DNA of 25,408 nucleotides, taken from the IMG/VR virus record IMGVR_UViG_3300032247_001219, positions 1-25,408 of that record. One strand, given 5' to 3'. Source of the DNA: a virus. Its lineage: Duplodnaviria > Caudoviricetes. Below the pieces are notes generated by a model, which saw only the letters and a list, made by a program, of their open reading frames with translations, was not told where the DNA came from and ran no database searches. Positions within the stretch are counted from its first letter, which is position 1, and every line of letters begins with the position of its first letter. Positions 7,985 through 17,172 of this stretch are shown in pieces. The translations under genes and the position numbers were made by a program.

Positions 7985-8675
7985 TATTGAAGAAATTAAA
8001 TTAAAATTTATAGAATTATTAAATGAATCTGGTTGGTCTTCACAACTCAGAGCATTTTTACATAGCCAAGAGTTTACAAATATTATTGAAAAACTATGGT
8101 TGTTAAAAACAGATGATAGGAGATTTACTCCACCACTAAAAACAGTATTTAAAGCATTTCAAGATTGTAAATTTGATGATGTAAAAGTGGTAGTGTTGGG
8201 TCAGGATCCATATAGTCAGTTGGGTGTAGCTAATGGAGTGGCATTTTGTTGTGAACTTCCAGGTAAAGTGCAACCAAGTTTGAGATATATATTAAAAGCA
8301 GTTAATAGAACTGTGTATTTAAGAGATGAAAAAGAAGAATTAAATCCTAGTCTTAAACATTGGACTGAACAAGGTATATTACTTCTTAACACATCATTAA
8401 CATGTGAGATTGATAAACCAGCATCTCATTATGAAATATGGAATGATTTTATTACATATGTCATAGATGTATTAAATACAAGAAAAGAAAAATTAGTTTT
8501 CTTACTCTTAGGTAAAAGAGCACAAGAATTTGAAGATTTAATTGATACAGAAAAACATTATGTAGTTAAAGCATCTCATCCTGCATCTGCTGCTTATGCA
8601 AATGAAAGAATGTGGAACAATAATGATTGCTTCAACAAAATAAATGAATTATTAACAGAAAAAATAAAATGGTAA
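7965..8675 (+). CDS. ung: Uracil-DNA glycosylase, family 1
   Basis: VKVVVLGQDPY, ANGVAF, QPSL, QGILLLNTSLT, SHPAS motifs. Confidence 0.95.
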   Translation: MNTTIPNIEEIKLKFIELLNESGWSSQLRAFLHSQEFTNIIEKLWLLKTDDRRFTPPLKTVFKAFQDCKFDDVKVVVLGQDPYSQLGVANGVAFCCELPGKVQPSLRYILKAVNRTVYLRDEKEELNPSLKHWTEQGILLLNTSLTCEIDKPASHYEIWNDFITYVIDVLNTRKEKLVFLLLGKRAQEFEDLIDTEKHYVVKASHPASAAYANERMWNNNDCFNKINELLTEKIKW

Positions 8676-8686
8676 ACAAAAACAAA

Positions 8687-9013
8687 ATGGCAACACAAAA
8701 AATTGATTTAAAACTATCAGCTTTGTTAGAAGATCTTGACAATGGATTAACATGGTTTAAGAAAGAAGATGTTGGATATGGAAATATTCAAGAGAAATAT
8801 GAAGCAACAGAATTTCATATTAAAATTATACAAAAACATCCTAAGTTGGTAAATGTACAACCTAATATTAAAATATTTAATATTATAGATGATGTAAGTG
8901 GTAGTGATTATGATGTAGATAAAACTCCTATTATTGTTGAATCACAAAAAACAGAAGAGATTATACCAGCAGCAACATTAAAAACTGAAACAGAAACATT
9001 CTTTAATCTTTAA
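8687..9013 (+). CDS. Hypothetical protein
   Basis: Start placed at ATG 8687 (aacaaaATGgca); 8669 is an alternative. Confidence 0.7.
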   Translation: MATQKIDLKLSALLEDLDNGLTWFKKEDVGYGNIQEKYEATEFHIKIIQKHPKLVNVQPNIKIFNIIDDVSGSDYDVDKTPIIVESQKTEEIIPAATLKTETETFFNL

Positions 9014-9027
9014 AATAAATAAAAAAA

Positions 9028-9255
9028 ATGGAATTAGTAACATTTGATAAAATAATTGAAAATATAGAATTAGAACTTGAAAATGATGTAGTTTCTACAC
9101 CACTAGTAAAAGTAAGAAAAGCAAGAAAAGTAGGATCAGGAAGAAAACAATTGTACACATCTAAATGTGTTTCATTTGTTGCATCTGTACCTTTAGAAGC
9201 TATTGATGAATTAAAAGATTTTACAATAAATCTTAAAGCAAAATATAAAAAATAA
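9028..9255 (+). CDS. Small basic protein, possibly DNA-binding
   Basis: RKARKVGSGRKQLY followed by a strand-helix-like segment. Confidence 0.6.
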   Translation: MELVTFDKIIENIELELENDVVSTPLVKVRKARKVGSGRKQLYTSKCVSFVASVPLEAIDELKDFTINLKAKYKK

Positions 9256-9257
9256 TA

Positions 9258-10658
9258 ATGACTTATAAGTTTAATATAGGTGATCAAGTTAAAATTATAA
9301 ATATAGGAAGTGGATGTCATTATGATTCTTTACATCATGCTGTAATTATAACTGAACAAGGTGTGTATGCTAATAAACCTGGTTACAAAATAGATAATAT
9401 AACAATACAAACTAACACCAAAGATGGTAGTTTTAATGGTATGATAGGTGAAGAAAGTTTTGAATTAATACAAAGTAATAAAATAACAAAAATAAATAAA
9501 ATGGCTATTAATAAACCAAAAAAAATTACAAAATCAAAAGTTGCAGAAACAAGAATTATTGATAGTTCTCTTATCAATAAAGATGAAGTATTTAGAATGT
9601 TAGCATTAGCAGAAGCTACACAACTTCCTCTGTTATTAGTTGGAAAACCTGGTACAGGTAAAACAAAAACCGTTATAGAATATTCTAAAGCATGGTTACA
9701 AAAAGATGGTTCTACTGTAACCAATCAGGACTTTATGAATAAATTATATATATTAGAAACTGATGAGGGTACTAAAAGTAGTGAAGTCAAAGGTATGCCT
9801 AATCTTCAAGTCCTATTTACAGAAAATAAATATGAAATAACTGCTCCTATCAGTACAGCTGATATTGTTGTGGTTAATGAGGTGGATAAAGCTAGTAGCA
9901 ATGTAAGAAATTCTTTGTTAGGTGTAATGAATGAGAAGTTTTTGTTTAATGGTAAATATAAAATGCCATGTAAATGGAAATTATTTGTAGCCACTTGTAA
10001 TGAAATTCCTAAAGATGAAGTTAATAGTCCATTTTGGGATAGATTTATTCTTAAAATGAATGTATCTAGAGTTAGTGCAGGTGAGCTATCTAAATATTAT
10101 TCAGGAGGTTGTAAAAACTATTCTGAAAAAATTGAATTAGGAGTTCCTAATAAAACAGAAATGGATAGTTTAGTTATTCCAGCTAGTAAACTTGAGAAAT
10201 TCTTAGAAGTGGGTTACACTCATCTCTCAGATAGAACTTTAACTTTTGTGCCTACATTGGCTAGAGCTGTAAGTTTTATTTGGAACATCAGTATAGATAA
10301 AGCTTTAGTTAAAGTGGCATCTATTATGATTAATAATGCAGCAGCATCTTCTCTTCAAGATAAATTGTACACTCAAGAAATTAAGAATGTTCTTAATAGA
10401 ATTGAGCAATTACAAAGTTATAATAATGAATCTTCTCTTAACCAAGCCTTAACAGAAATTGAAGGTTTAATTTCTGGATATGCAGCTCAAGGTAAGATTA
10501 ATCAACTTGAAGTGGATGAAATAGAAACTACTCTATCTTATGTATTAGATTCTCATCCTTGTCATAATCCATCCTCTGATACTGAAGATGCAGTGTTAAA
10601 AATGATAGAAAAAGAAGAAGAAGCAACATCTATTGCATTTGATGAACTTCCTTTCTAA
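9258..10658 (+). CDS. MoxR/RavA-like AAA+ ATPase (internal start at 9501 likely)
   Basis: LLLVGKPGTGKT Walker A, VVVNEVDKA Walker B variant, NSLLGVMNE, VATCNE sensor I, WDRF arginine finger; adjacent vWA gene. Confidence 0.9.
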   Translation: MTYKFNIGDQVKIINIGSGCHYDSLHHAVIITEQGVYANKPGYKIDNITIQTNTKDGSFNGMIGEESFELIQSNKITKINKMAINKPKKITKSKVAETRIIDSSLINKDEVFRMLALAEATQLPLLLVGKPGTGKTKTVIEYSKAWLQKDGSTVTNQDFMNKLYILETDEGTKSSEVKGMPNLQVLFTENKYEITAPISTADIVVVNEVDKASSNVRNSLLGVMNEKFLFNGKYKMPCKWKLFVATCNEIPKDEVNSPFWDRFILKMNVSRVSAGELSKYYSGGCKNYSEKIELGVPNKTEMDSLVIPASKLEKFLEVGYTHLSDRTLTFVPTLARAVSFIWNISIDKALVKVASIMINNAAASSLQDKLYTQEIKNVLNRIEQLQSYNNESSLNQALTEIEGLISGYAAQGKINQLEVDEIETTLSYVLDSHPCHNPSSDTEDAVLKMIEKEEEATSIAFDELPF

Positions 10659-10670
10659 TAAATAATAACT

Positions 10671-10724
10671 AATAAATGGGGTGTATCAGAGAGATTATTC
10701 TTTTTGATACACTCTTATTTATTT
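10671..10724 (+). terminator. Long hairpin between the ATPase and vWA genes (terminator or processing site)
   Basis: aataaatggggtgtatcagagaga / tctttttgatacactcttatttatt imperfect stem followed by a T-rich tail. Confidence 0.6.
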
Positions 10725-10737
10725 AAACTTAAAAATT

Positions 10738-12013
10738 ATGGCAAAAGTATATAAAAATATGTCAACTCTATTTGAAAAAGTTAAGTTGGGTAAAATTGAT
10801 AATCAATCAAGTGTTGTTACAAAAACATTCTCTAATATATCTTATTTCAAAAAGAAAGAATTAGTGCAACCACATCTTCATTATTTAGATGTAAGAGCAT
10901 TAGATTCATCTATTAGTAGTTTTGTACATGAAAATTCTTTTAAAAACACTCCGTTATTTAGAAAAACACAAGATAAAATAAATGCTAAACGTACTAGTAA
11001 AAAATTAGAACATTATGATGCAAGTAAGTTGCATTCAGAAATGATAAAGATTTATAAGGATTTTCCTAAAGAAGTATCTAGGGATGTGTTTAATCAATAT
11101 TATTGTGAAAATGGAAAACTTCAATTTGAAAATAGAAGTGAACACAATAAATATAGATATAAAATGATTGATAGAGCTAATGATCCTGTCACTAAAGTTA
11201 TCACTAGAGAATCTCACATAAAAAGTATGGTTTTTGCAAGAAATATGGTGCAATACTATTTAAGTATGTTTGCTATTATGAAAGAAGAAAATCCTCAAGA
11301 ATATCAAGAGATGATGAATAAAATTCAACAGGAAAGTGCACAAAGCAATCAAAATGGTGATAGTAATGATGCTAAAGGAAATGATGGTAAACAACAAAAA
11401 TCTGATGGAAATGATTCTAAAAATGATGATAGTAAAGGAGATGATAGTAAAGATGATGCTGGTAAACCAAATGCAGATAAATCAGGTGAGCAATCAGGAT
11501 CTGGTAAAGGTGATGGTGATCAACAACAAGATAGTCCACAGTCTGCTTTAGATAAACTTATGGAGAAGTTTTTAAATAAACCTGATAATGCAGCTCAAAA
11601 GTTATATCAAGAAGCTATGGATACAGCTAAACAAACTTCTAATAATCTTGATGAAACAATGTCTAAAGAAGATATGGATGATTTATGGGAAGAATTAGCA
11701 AAAAACCCAACTAAAACAGGTACATTAGATAAACTTTCTGATGGTTATTTAAAAGAAATGCAACAAAAATTATCTGAAATAGATATAAATGGTGATAAAC
11801 TTAAATCTCATCTTAAAAAGATTTTAGATAAAAGTTTTTCATATTTTAATGCTAAAGAAGAACCAATATTTGATGAATTCTTAAATAGTCCTAATATTGA
11901 TGGGATACTTGATTTTGAATTTTTACATCCAAAATTTAGAAAATTTTCATTAGAAGATATTCAAGTTAAAGATGTTAGAAAATCAGGTAAAATTAATGTT
12001 TACGTTGATGTCT
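10738..12013 (+). CDS. vWA (MIDAS) domain protein, exon 1
   Basis: Ends ...INVYVDV-T; D/G/S/K low-complexity linker; joined to exon 2 it gives DVSGSM and a 567-aa protein. Confidence 0.88.
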
Positions 12014-13260
12014 CAACTCATTGACCCTGTTTATATTAGGTATATTCAATAAAAAATGTTATATTATAGTATAAACTATAATATTATAAAAAAAATACGC
12101 AAAAAACTTATTACAGTTGAAGAATCTTTAAAAATTGTAGAATTATACAAGAATGGTATGACTACTAGAGAATTATGTATAATGTTTGATTATGGTTTAA
12201 ATGATAGAAATAGTATATTAAATATTTTAAAAAAATATAATATACCTATCAGAAAAGATAATCTTACACATGCTACAAAATATCATATTGATAAAGATTA
12301 TTTTAAAGTAATAAATAGTGAAGATAAAGCTTATTATTTAGGATTATTATATGCTGATGGATATAATGATACTATTAAAAGATCTGTAAGATTATCTTTA
12401 CAAAAAGATGATAAAAAAATTTTAGATTTATTTAAAACTTATTTAAAAACTGACAAACCTTTAAGATTTTGTCAAAGAAGTTTAAAAAATCCAAAATGGT
12501 CAGATGTATATACTTTAGATATAGAAAATAAACAAATATCTATAGATTTGCATAATTTAGGTTGCGTAAAAGCAAAAACATTTTTAATTGAATTTCCTAA
12601 TTTTTTAGAAAATAAATATATTTCACATTTTATTAGAGGTTATTTTGATGGTGATGGTTGTATTACCTATAGTAAACCAAAAAAAATAACACATAATAAA
12701 AGCATGCAAATATCATTTGTTGGTACATATTCATTTTTAATGTCTTTACAAGAAATTTTTATAAAAGAATTAAATTATTCTTATGTAAAATTTACTAAAA
12801 GATATAAAAATAAAAATGACAATATTTATACTTTAGCATATGGTGGAAATATTAAAATTTCTAAATTTAAAACATGGTTATATAAAGATGCTCATATTTT
12901 TCTTGATAGAAAATATGATAAATTTTTATAGGGACTTGTATATAGTAATATATACTAAAATTAGAGTTAATTGACTGGAAACCCCTAAAGATTTGTACAC
13001 TCCCTTAAGCAGTAATGACTTAAGTATAGTAAAAGAGACAAATATGTTACAATGGGCAATCAGCAGCCAAGCTACAGATACATCTGTAGAAGGTTCAACG
13101 ACTATGGGTTTATCACCCAGTACATTCAAGTGAATGGAAAAGCTCTACTCCTTTTTAAAAGGATGATGATATAGTCTAATCTTACATGAAAGTGTAAGCT
13201 GTGAAATATAATAATTATATTTTCCGAGCATAAATTAACGAATTATGCTGAATATAAATG
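12014..13260 (+). mobile_element. Group I intron (1247 nt) in the vWA gene
   Basis: Exon ends in T, intron ends in G. P aattgactggaaa 12969-12981, Q aatcagcagc 13058-13067, R ttcaacgacta 13094-13104, S gatatagtct 13168-13177; P3 tagagtt/agctcta; P2 gtatata-gtaa-tatatac 12938-12955; P9 hairpin 13181-13198. Confidence 0.93.
12056..12931 (+). CDS. Intron-encoded double-motif LAGLIDADG homing endonuclease
   Basis: YYLGLLYADG and FIRGYFDGDG motifs, WLY...L.RK C-terminus, N-terminal HTH-like region; exact start uncertain. Confidence 0.92.
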   Translation: MLYYSINYNIIKKIRKKLITVEESLKIVELYKNGMTTRELCIMFDYGLNDRNSILNILKKYNIPIRKDNLTHATKYHIDKDYFKVINSEDKAYYLGLLYADGYNDTIKRSVRLSLQKDDKKILDLFKTYLKTDKPLRFCQRSLKNPKWSDVYTLDIENKQISIDLHNLGCVKAKTFLIEFPNFLENKYISHFIRGYFDGDGCITYSKPKKITHNKSMQISFVGTYSFLMSLQEIFIKELNYSYVKFTKRYKNKNDNIYTLAYGGNIKISKFKTWLYKDAHIFLDRKYDKFL

Positions 13261-13688
13261 CAGGTTCTATGGGATCTAGTGCTAATATTAAAGATACTGA
13301 AATGGATAGATTGACATTTGCTAAAGCTGTATTAATTAAGCTTAAAAGAATGGATGTTATTAATGAAGTTTATACTTTTAATACTAATATTAAAAAGAGA
13401 AATACAGAGTTAAATGATTTATTAACAATAAATACTATTGGTGGTACATCATTGACTAGGGTTGTTAATCATATAGCTGAACAAGGAGTAAATGCTATTG
13501 TTATAACTGATGCTGATGATTATTTAAATGCTTATTCTGGTAATGCATTTTTTCTTGGTGTAGCAGGATCTAATTTTAGATGTTTTAATCCTGGATGTAG
13601 AAAGCAATATGTAGAAAATAAACAACTAATCCAATTCACTGGAGATCATGTTTATAACATTGGTTTGGATGGATTTCCTATTATGTAA
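13261..13688 (+). CDS. vWA domain protein, exon 2
   Basis: ca-ggt-tct-atg completes DxSxS; GGT and IVITD supply the remaining MIDAS residues. Confidence 0.88.
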
Positions 13689-13689
13689 T

Positions 13690-13818
13690 TTATCTTCCTT
13701 GTGATCTGTATGCAGAAACACTTTTGTCTTTTGGACCAGAAGATTTTTTAGCTTTTCCTCCTTTACGTTTACCAAAACTGATTTTAGTAGAAGATGCTGA
13801 TTTTGTTACTTTTGCCAT
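13690..13818 (-). CDS. Small highly basic protein (42 aa) ending YRSQGR
   Basis: MAKVTKSASSTKISFGKRKGGKAKKSSGPKDKSVSAYRSQGR*; starts 4 nt after the upstream minus-strand gene; below the ORF-track cutoff. Confidence 0.75.
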   Translation of the reverse strand: MAKVTKSASSTKISFGKRKGGKAKKSSGPKDKSVSAYRSQGR

Positions 13819-13822
13819 GGTG

Positions 13823-14245
13823 TTATACTAATGTTTTTTGAATTGAAGATGTAAATAAGTTAGTTCCATCACAAACTAAAGTTATAAAATCAATAGCTCC
13901 ACTAGTTGTGCTTGGTGTATATGTAGTACCTGTAACTTTTACAATACTTCCTGAAAAAGTTACTGTATTATTAGTATTACCAGTTATAATTTTTAAAAAA
14001 TATGTTCCAGGCATATAATTAGTAAATGTTATTGCTGTTGCTCCACTAGCACCTGTATTTAATGTTAAATTAACAAAATTTCCAGTTGCAAGATTTACTG
14101 TAACAGTTGTATTTGCTCCAGTAGCTACAGTTTGAACAGTCATATTATCAGCAGCTAATATACCATTAAGCTGATTTAACATTCTGTTTACACCTTTAGA
14201 TGTGGCTAGATATCTATTATTTCCTAATTTAGGTACTGATGACAT
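13823..14245 (-). CDS. Thr/Gly/Asn-rich beta protein, probably virion-associated
   Basis: TVNLATGNFVNLTL...AIDFITLVCDGTN resembles tail-fibre C-terminal type modules. Confidence 0.6.
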   Translation of the reverse strand: MSSVPKLGNNRYLATSKGVNRMLNQLNGILAADNMTVQTVATGANTTVTVNLATGNFVNLTLNTGASGATAITFTNYMPGTYFLKIITGNTNNTVTFSGSIVKVTGTTYTPSTTSGAIDFITLVCDGTNLFTSSIQKTLV

Positions 14246-14257
14246 AGTTTTATAGTT

Positions 14258-14764
14258 TTATAGGATGACATATCCTTGTTTATCAATTTTTTTAGAGTTG
14301 TGTAGTGCAAGAAGATCTCTTACAGATTTTCCAAATGTTTTTTGGAAATGAGGATAATCTTTGAAATTCCAATCACCACCCCATTCCCAGCCATATTGCT
14401 TGAATAGTGTGACAATTTCTTGAAAATCTGATTTACCATCACTATCAAAATCTATAACTCTATCCCAAGATGCAGTTTCATAATTGCCATCTTTGTCTTT
14501 ATCTACAAGAAGTACTACATCAACAGCCAATCCATAGTTGTGATATGATAACCCAGCTTTGGCTTGTGTAACAATCTTACCTGGTTTTGTTCTACCTTGA
14601 GCATACAAACCAGATTGTTCTTCAAATGTTCTAAGAGTGAATGAAAATCTACAAATAGCTTTACCTGTTAGACTAATGCATATTTGATTGTAAATTTCTA
14701 AAGCTTCATCTCTAAGCTTTGGATGTAATGATTTAATACGTTCAATTGTAATTTTGTCTTGCAT
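14258..14764 (-). CDS. Endolysin, M15 family peptidase (L-Ala-D-Glu type)
   Basis: RTFEEQ..LYAQGRT, SYHNYGLAVD, WGGDW, DYPHFQ. Confidence 0.92.
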   Translation of the reverse strand: MQDKITIERIKSLHPKLRDEALEIYNQICISLTGKAICRFSFTLRTFEEQSGLYAQGRTKPGKIVTQAKAGLSYHNYGLAVDVVLLVDKDKDGNYETASWDRVIDFDSDGKSDFQEIVTLFKQYGWEWGGDWNFKDYPHFQKTFGKSVRDLLALHNSKKIDKQGYVIL

Positions 14765-15336
14765 TATATTAATTTAAACTTAAAATATATATAAACACAT
14801 ATAGATAAACCAATAATCACTAATAACAAGATTAGTTCAGTTTTAGCTTTAGCTATTGATATGTTCTTATCTCTTATAGTTAATTCTTTATCCTTAATTG
14901 TTAATAATAAGTTATTTATAGTGTCAGATTTACTAGTGCTTTCTTGTTTAAGAATAGACTCTAGTTTTAAATCACGGATGTATTGTGTTTTAGTTACAGT
15001 TTTTACAATTTCTTTAGATGAAGGACATTTAACAGATACAATTCCATCTTTTACAGAAACCACCGCACCTGAATTGAATACAGTGTCTATATTAAAATTA
15101 TTTTGTATGGTGAATGTATCTATAATATAGTTTTGCTTATACAATGTATCTATTCTTGAAGAATCTATTATTACAGTGTCATTAATACAATAACCACGTT
15201 TAACAACTTCTTTTGCAACTATTTCAAACTTCTTAGAGTTAGTTAACACTCTATTAACAGAGTTACATGAAGAAACACAAATTAATGTTATAATTAATAA
15301 TATGTAGAATAGTGTAAGTTTGAGGGAAGTAGACAT
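14764..15336 (-). CDS. Lipoprotein with C-terminal TM helix; unimolecular spanin candidate
   Basis: Signal/lipobox ILLIITLICVSSC, coiled-coil-like segment, C-terminal LILLLVIIGLSICVYIYF; lies between holin and endolysin. Confidence 0.65.
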   Translation of the reverse strand: MSTSLKLTLFYILLIITLICVSSCNSVNRVLTNSKKFEIVAKEVVKRGYCINDTVIIDSSRIDTLYKQNYIIDTFTIQNNFNIDTVFNSGAVVSVKDGIVSVKCPSSKEIVKTVTKTQYIRDLKLESILKQESTSKSDTINNLLLTIKDKELTIRDKNISIAKAKTELILLLVIIGLSICVYIYFKFKLI

Positions 15337-15337
15337 A

Positions 15338-15538
15338 TTATGCTTTTTTTGTAAATACAGATGAAATCTTGTTTAATGCAGTGTCAGGACTAAATAGTAA
15401 TGCTATACCAATTGTTAATGGAATTGAAGCATCTGCCCAATTTATTGAGGGTATTTTAAATACAGAAATAATAGAAGCTATAATGATTATAAATCCTATT
15501 AGGGTTGTTTTCCAACTTTTAATTAAGTTTTTTTTCAT
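15338..15538 (-). CDS. Holin candidate (two TM segments)
   Basis: 66 aa, SWKTTLIG + two hydrophobic helices, basic termini, upstream of the endolysin. Confidence 0.65.
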   Translation of the reverse strand: MKKNLIKSWKTTLIGFIIIIASIISVFKIPSINWADASIPLTIGIALLFSPDTALNKISSVFTKKA

Positions 15539-15873
15539 GAGTTAGATTTTTTAAAATATCTTTTATCATCTACTAATGTTATAAGAGTGTTAACACAAGT
15601 ATCTGGAATATAAGGAGACTTTTCTTTATTATTTGGTTTTTGAATGATTGAGAATGTATTAAGAGCAAACACTTTATTATGTAAGGTGTTTGTTTCTTCT
15701 TTTAAATTCATAATTTCTACATGATCAGCTGCTGATTGTGCTAACAACTGCTTAACATCTGTTTTGATTTCCTTGATGTCATCATACAACATTAAAGCTA
15801 AAATACTCAATACTGATGGGAATAACCAACTTTTAACCGTGGTTAATAGTGCATTTTGAGGAATTGATGCCAT
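15535..15873 (-). CDS. Single-TM coiled-coil protein of the lysis block
   Basis: WLFPSVLSILALML followed by DIKEIKTDVKQLL heptads. Confidence 0.65.
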   Translation of the reverse strand: MASIPQNALLTTVKSWLFPSVLSILALMLYDDIKEIKTDVKQLLAQSAADHVEIMNLKEETNTLHNKVFALNTFSIIQKPNNKEKSPYIPDTCVNTLITLVDDKRYFKKSNS

Positions 15874-15888
15874 ATTTCAATAAATTTG
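15855..15888 (+). promoter_or_regulatory. Possible Bacteroidota-type promoter for the replication module
   Basis: TAAATTTG at 15881-15888; TTTG at 15855-15858 with a long (22-nt) spacer. Confidence 0.4.
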
Positions 15889-15951
15889 CGTAAATGTATA
15901 AATAAAGATTACACTATTAATATACAAAATAAAAACAACAAACAAAAAATT

Positions 15952-16467
15952 ATGACTAAAGAAAATTATAGAAATATGATGTCTGAAAAGTTAATACTAG
16001 CTTTTCAGCAAACATTTTATGAAAAAATTGGATATGTACCTATTGTGCATACAATTAAAGAGCATAGAAAAAATAATAAAATATTGAAATTAGAAGAACT
16101 AGAATCAATTATTAATCAATTTATTCCTGAAGAATTAACTAAAAGACATAGAATTAAATCTATAAAAAGTTCATCTAGATTTAGACCATTGACAGATATT
16201 AGACATATGTTTTGTCATATAGCTTATTCTATGGGTTATAAACTTACAGATATAGGTAGATATTTAAATAATAGAGATCATACAACAGTGATTAATTCCT
16301 TAAAGAGATTTAAAGAATTAATGTCATATGATGAATTATTTTTAAATAATTATGAAATAGTATTAATAAATATAAACAAACACATGGATAATGGAGATAA
16401 ATTACTACACTTTGCTCTTAAAGAATCAGCTGACACCGAATCAACATTATCTTCTGTATTGTTGTAA
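15952..16467 (+). CDS. DnaA domain IV-like DNA-binding protein
   Basis: RHMFCHIA...LTDIGRYLNNRDHTTVINS signature; ATG 15952 preferred to TTG 15886. Confidence 0.8.
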   Translation: MTKENYRNMMSEKLILAFQQTFYEKIGYVPIVHTIKEHRKNNKILKLEELESIINQFIPEELTKRHRIKSIKSSSRFRPLTDIRHMFCHIAYSMGYKLTDIGRYLNNRDHTTVINSLKRFKELMSYDELFLNNYEIVLININKHMDNGDKLLHFALKESADTESTLSSVLL

Positions 16468-16957
16468 AAACAATATAAAAAGTTCACTTATATATAATCC
16501 TGCACAAGATATAGGATTATTACAAGCATCTGGATTTTTAAATAAAGATAATACAATTACAGATAAGGCTGAAAAAGCTATAGATAATCTTGGTGGTATA
16601 TTTAGAAAAACTAAATCCACTGCTGCTGAAGATTTAATGGGGGTTGATTTTTTAGTGTATATGAGTGAATTTAGAAATCATTTTCCCACAACAAAGAGAT
16701 CATCTCCAGCAGAAATAAAAACAAAGTTTGCTAAATTATTTATGGAAAATCCAGGAATTGACTGGAAAATCTTAATAAAAGCAACACAACTTTATTTTTC
16801 TGAAGATAGAGATGACAAATACATATATAAAGCATCCAATTTTATAATGGTTCAAAGAGGTGGAATTAACACCTATCCTATTTTGGAATATTATGAAAGA
16901 GTTGAAAATGGTGAACAACCCTTAGATTCAGATGTAAATATGTATCAGATATATTAG
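16391..16957 (+). CDS. Hypothetical replication-associated protein
   Basis: 188 aa between the DnaA-like gene and dnaB; role inferred from position only. Confidence 0.65.
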   Translation: MEINYYTLLLKNQLTPNQHYLLYCCKNNIKSSLIYNPAQDIGLLQASGFLNKDNTITDKAEKAIDNLGGIFRKTKSTAAEDLMGVDFLVYMSEFRNHFPTTKRSSPAEIKTKFAKLFMENPGIDWKILIKATQLYFSEDRDDKYIYKASNFIMVQRGGINTYPILEYYERVENGEQPLDSDVNMYQIY

Positions 16958-16970
16958 CAAATAATTATAT

Positions 16971-17168
16971 ATGAATACAAAACAACAAGATGTTCCAGTG
17001 AAAAAATGGAGACATGTGTCTGAAATAAGACATGAGACACTTAATTACATTAAGAAGAGAAGGATAGGACTTATTAAGTCAATTAGAACTCCATGGCCCA
17101 AATTAAACAATGTGATAATGGATGGACTAGAGTGGGGAAGCATATATGTCATTGGTGGTAGACCTGGT
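16971..17168 (+). CDS. dnaB: DnaB-like replicative helicase, exon 1
   Basis: IRTPWPKLN...GLEWGSIYVIGGRPG; joined to exon 2 it gives Walker A GRPGTGKT and a 330-aa protein. Confidence 0.92.
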
Positions 17169-17172
17169 AAAA

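Noticed and set aside
11340-11540. Repeat-like gatgat/aaagga tract
   Set aside because: Low-complexity D/G/S/K linker typical of vWA partner proteins, not a DNA repeat element.
12056-12931. Intein interpretation of the LAGLIDADG ORF
   Set aside because: Separated from both exons by stop codons, no intein terminal motifs, and a ribozyme core follows.
13245-13688. ORF-track 147-aa protein as an independent gene
   Set aside because: Its first codons lie in the intron 3' end; it is exon 2 of the vWA gene.
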